From positions 1-37,147 of the forward strand of contig JBLNCF010000014.1 in NCBI GenBank assembly GCA_050260455.1: a stretch of 37,147 nt of DNA, given 5' to 3'. The DNA is from Bacillota bacterium (GTDB lineage: Bacteria; Patescibacteriota; Minisyncoccia; Phycocordibacterales; Phycocordibacteraceae). Both the position numbers and the translations under genes were made by a program. Below the pieces are notes generated by a model that worked only from the letters and a program-made list of their open reading frames with translations, made no database searches and had not been told where the DNA came from. Below are positions 34,576 to 37,147 of the stretch, piece by piece (positions within the stretch are counted from its first letter, which is position 1; each line of letters begins with the position of its first letter).

Positions 34576-35640
34576 TTACTTACCCTGCCCGTAATACTTC
34601 TTGAGTAGTTTTACGTGCTCGGCGTATGTAGCAGAGCAGTGGAAGGTGCCGTATTTGTCGTGAAAATAGAAGAGGCAGTCCGTCTGCTTGGGATTAAGTG
34701 CGGCAATGACTGCAGCGACTGACGGATTGGCGATAGGAGTTGGAGGCAGACCCGGATGAGCGTACGTGTTGTACGCCGATTTGATGTATTTGTCGGCGGG
34801 TTTTACCACGGGCCACCAGCTACTCGTCGTGGGAGCCTTGGCGTACTGCAAGGTCGCATCGATCTGAAGATTCATGTTGGTGAAAAGGCGATTCCAGATG
34901 ATGCCGGAGATCATGCGCATATCGTCGGTACCGCCTGTTTCTCGCTCGATAAGTGAGGCGATCTTAAGTGCATCGCTCAAGGGTACTTGGGCTGCCGTGG
35001 TGGTGCTGTAGCGATCGAGGATGTCCTCTGTGAACCGGTCGTTCAGAAGATTCTGCACATCTGCAGGAGTCATCGCTCCATGGACTTCATAGGTGCCGGG
35101 TACGAACTCACCCTCGGTAAGAGTCGGCGGGACTGATTTTACGGACGCAAGGAATGTTTGTCGTTCCTTTGCAGTCCAGCCTAGCTCTTTGCCAAAGGCA
35201 GTAGCAACTTCTTCCTGTCGATAGCCAGGCTGAATAGTAACGAAATGAATATCTGTACCAGCAAGTTGCTGATACACCGGCAGCGAAGCGATCATTGTTG
35301 CGAGAGAGGCAAAGAACGCGCGAGCTTGGAATGCGGCAGCAGAGAGTGTGGGATTTCCACCGCTCTCGTTGAGGAGTGCATCAACGTTCGTGTTTGGATT
35401 CTCAACAATAAGTTTATGTGCAGGATCTACGGAGATAGGAAAGGGAGGCTTTGGTCGTGCCGCGTTCTGAATGTCGAGCGAGAGGATGGAGGGCAGGGAG
35501 AAAAGCGCGATGGCTATCACTAAGGCAGATCCAACAATTGGACCAATGGAAACAAGCGCCTTCTTCACCGGCGAGCTCGGCTTCTTCTTTGCGGGCCCCG
35601 CAGGATGGGGCATAAGCGAACGATATGTGGGCCCCGGCAT
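34576..35640 (-). CDS. mltG: Endolytic transglycosylase MltG
   Basis: EG-F-P-TY, ASLIERE, I-NRL...M-LQIDAT-QY, SAYNTY-HPGLPPTPIANP, YF and F..TY-EH motifs. Start placed at ATG 35640. Confidence 0.9.
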   Translation of the reverse strand: MPGPTYRSLMPHPAGPAKKKPSSPVKKALVSIGPIVGSALVIAIALFSLPSILSLDIQNAARPKPPFPISVDPAHKLIVENPNTNVDALLNESGGNPTLSAAAFQARAFFASLATMIASLPVYQQLAGTDIHFVTIQPGYRQEEVATAFGKELGWTAKERQTFLASVKSVPPTLTEGEFVPGTYEVHGAMTPADVQNLLNDRFTEDILDRYSTTTAAQVPLSDALKIASLIERETGGTDDMRMISGIIWNRLFTNMNLQIDATLQYAKAPTTSSWWPVVKPADKYIKSAYNTYAHPGLPPTPIANPSVAAVIAALNPKQTDCLFYFHDKYGTFHCSATYAEHVKLLKKYYGQGK

Positions 35641-35733
35641 TGCTGACATAGTAGCGAATTTCGCGCTGAATTGAAATGCAATCCACGCATGCATGAATGG
35701 ACAAACAAGAAGACGCGAGCTACGGTGCGAAGT

Positions 35734-36246
35734 ATGAAGCAGCCACGCGTACAAACGCTCATCGAGCGGGCAATCAACGCCATTGGTTCAGTACCATCGC
35801 TCATCATTCACACGATCTGGTTCGTGGTGTGTTTCGCATTGTCCATGCTCGGCCTTGTGAAGTGGGAGACCATGCTGCTTGTGCTCACGACCATCGTTTC
35901 TCTCGAAGCAATCTATCTTGCACTTTTCATTCAGATCACAGTGAACGAGAACACTCGCGCACTTCGTGAGGTGGAGGAAGATATCGATGAGATTCAGGAA
36001 GACGTCGAAGAGCTCGGAGAAGATGTCGAAGACATTCAAGAGGACATCGAGGAGATTTCGGAGGACATCGATGAGATTCAAGAGGATGTGGAGGAAATGT
36101 CTGACGAGGGCGAGCACCTAGTACGCGAACGTGCTCCGAAAACGGTCAAGAAGCCGCAGGTCTCGCAGGAAGACGCACTTAATCAGCTCACAAAGGATGT
36201 GCAGCGCGTCCTCGCTGACCTTGAAGCACTAAAGAAGGGGAAGTAG
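35734..36246 (+). CDS. DUF1003-like membrane protein with acidic heptad coiled coil
   Basis: Two TM helices (GSV-SLIIHT.W; LTTIVSLEAIYLALFIQ) followed by EDIDEIQ-type repeats. Confidence 0.75.
   Translation: MKQPRVQTLIERAINAIGSVPSLIIHTIWFVVCFALSMLGLVKWETMLLVLTTIVSLEAIYLALFIQITVNENTRALREVEEDIDEIQEDVEELGEDVEDIQEDIEEISEDIDEIQEDVEEMSDEGEHLVRERAPKTVKKPQVSQEDALNQLTKDVQRVLADLEALKKGK
35977..36102 (+). repeat. Six imperfect 21-nt tandem repeats (coding)
   Basis: EDIDEIQ EDVEELG EDVEDIQ EDIEEIS EDIDEIQ EDVEEMS. Confidence 0.85.
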
Positions 36247-36258
36247 TATCCGGATATT

Positions 36259-36331
36259 GGGCCCTTAGCTCATCTGGTAGAGCGCATCCATGGCATGGAT
36301 GAGGTGAGGGGTTCGAGTCCCCTAGGGTCCA
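36259..36331 (+). tRNA. tRNA-Ala(GGC), CCA not encoded
   Basis: GGGCCCT/AGGGTCC acceptor stem (G3:U70), CATCC-AT-GGC-AT-GGATG anticodon arm and GGTTCGAGTCC T-arm. Confidence 0.96.
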
Positions 36332-36344
36332 CACACGAAACGAA

Positions 36345-36370
36345 AAAGAACCCCGTAAGGGGTTCTTTTC
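36345..36370 (+). terminator. tRNA terminator
   Basis: AAGAACCCC-GTAA-GGGGTTCTT followed by TT. Confidence 0.75.
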
Positions 36371-36373
36371 GTG

Positions 36374-36533
36374 TGTGGGACCGTAAGCAGAGTGAAGCTC
36401 TGCGTCAGGATTCGAAAGCCGCAGTGATGTTTCGTCAGCGGACGAAACCACGAGGCGGGGGCGCGGCCGAGCCGAGTGTCGACGAGGCGAGAGCTGTGGC
36501 CGAAAGTGTAATCACGCCCCTGTACGGTCCACA
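36374..36533. repeat. Structured element bounded by inverted copies of the tRNA-Ala(TGC) 3' end
   Basis: Right end CCTGTACGGTCCACA is identical to 30557-30571. Left end TGTGGGACCGTA...CAGGATTCGAA is an interrupted antisense copy of the same tRNA end. Confidence 0.6.
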
Positions 36534-36550
36534 AATCCCAAATAGTATTG

Positions 36551-36591
36551 AAAGCTCAAGACCCCACACGATTTGTGGGGTCTTGAGCTTT
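36551..36591. terminator. Perfect 18-bp inverted repeat
   Basis: AAAGCTCAAGACCCCACA-CGATT-TGTGGGGTCTTGAGCTTT. Confidence 0.7.
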
Positions 36592-36724
36592 AGCGAGAAC
36601 CAGGAGAGAGTTCGAACTTCTGTGTGAGTATCTCCTCTACAACGTCCCCAACGTCCGCTATGTCCTCTTTGGCATCCCCACGCTGCACTTACGTCTTTAT
36701 AAACAGCGATGTAGTCTTGATCTT

Positions 36725-37147
36725 ATGAGACAGTCTACTCGATTGTTTTTTACCTTTGCTTACCTCTTGACCCTCATTGGTCTGGCGCGATTTATAACAG
36801 GTGAATGGTTTGTGCTTCCCTCAGGAGACCAAAGCCTTTGGTTTCAGGCGGGTCTATTGATGGTGGTTCTGGGCTCTTTTTTTATAGAGCAACATTTCAC
36901 TAAACCGGTGGATGTTGTAACAAACGTGGCGGCCGGGGTTATTACTTTATTAGCTTTAGAACATCGGAGCGCGTTTTTATATTGGGGTGTTGCATTGGCA
37001 GGAATGCTAATCATTGGAAGCGCAGCCTTTATTTCGATGGCTATTCAGACCTTTGCTTCGTCTGCTCGTGTTCTGAAGCTGGGAGAAATACTATTTATAT
37101 TCAGCACTTTCTTTGGATCAGCTAAACGTCTATTTTCAGCTGTACTA
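36725..37147 (+). CDS. AT-rich polytopic membrane protein, N-terminal part only (runs off the window)
   Basis: Not in the ORF track. Hand translation is open to the end: MRQSTRLFFTFAYLLTLIGLARFITGEWFVLPSGDQSLWFQAGLLMVVLGSFFIEQHFTKPVDVVTNVAAG... Confidence 0.75.
   Translation, partial: MRQSTRLFFTFAYLLTLIGLARFITGEWFVLPSGDQSLWFQAGLLMVVLGSFFIEQHFTKPVDVVTNVAAGVITLLALEHRSAFLYWGVALAGMLIIGSAAFISMAIQTFASSARVLKLGEILFIFSTFFGSAKRLFSAVL

Noticed and set aside
35977-36102. Tandem repeats as a CRISPR array
   Set aside because: They are contiguous, degenerate, in-frame 21-nt coding repeats with no spacers and no cas genes.
30557-36533. 15-nt direct repeat of the tRNA-Ala(TGC) 3' end as attL/attR of a 6-kb integrated element
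   Set aside because: The enclosed DNA holds four tRNAs, mltG, tspO and a Nudix gene and no integrase; it looks like backbone rather than an island.

Overview
A 37-kb, gene-dense bacterial chromosomal segment. Its gene set (VirD4-like ATPase next to a giant low-complexity protein, DUF5667/DUF5663-like genes, streamlined UvrA/UvrC) suggests a Patescibacteria/CPR (Parcubacteria-like) genome; this taxonomy is my inference. Housekeeping genes include lysS, a Ca2+/H+ exchanger, purE plus a PAICS-type purC, FKBP, tgt, uvrB/uvrA/uvrC, a two-component pair, ddl, pterin dehydratase, Nudix, TspO and mltG, plus five tRNAs (Ala-TGC, Val-CAC, Pro-CGG, Pro-GGG, Ala-GGC). They are interleaved with single-gene ORFan cassettes. 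Most notable: (1) an unannotated ~380-nt highly structured RNA between uvrC and ddl, with a six-hairpin junction, a 10-bp pseudoknot, two SD-led small ORFs and its own terminator; (2) about 14 genes have a -10 hexamer 6-7 nt before the start codon (leaderless architecture), whereas the ORFans have Shine-Dalgarno sites; (3) a ~160-nt element bounded by inverted copies of a tRNA-Ala 3' end, at the edge of a probable island; (4) a VirD4-like ATPase / 1132-aa protein / DUF5663 / FKBP operon. No CRISPR array, rRNA, transposase or integrase was seen. Family names come from motif recognition by eye, not from database searches.
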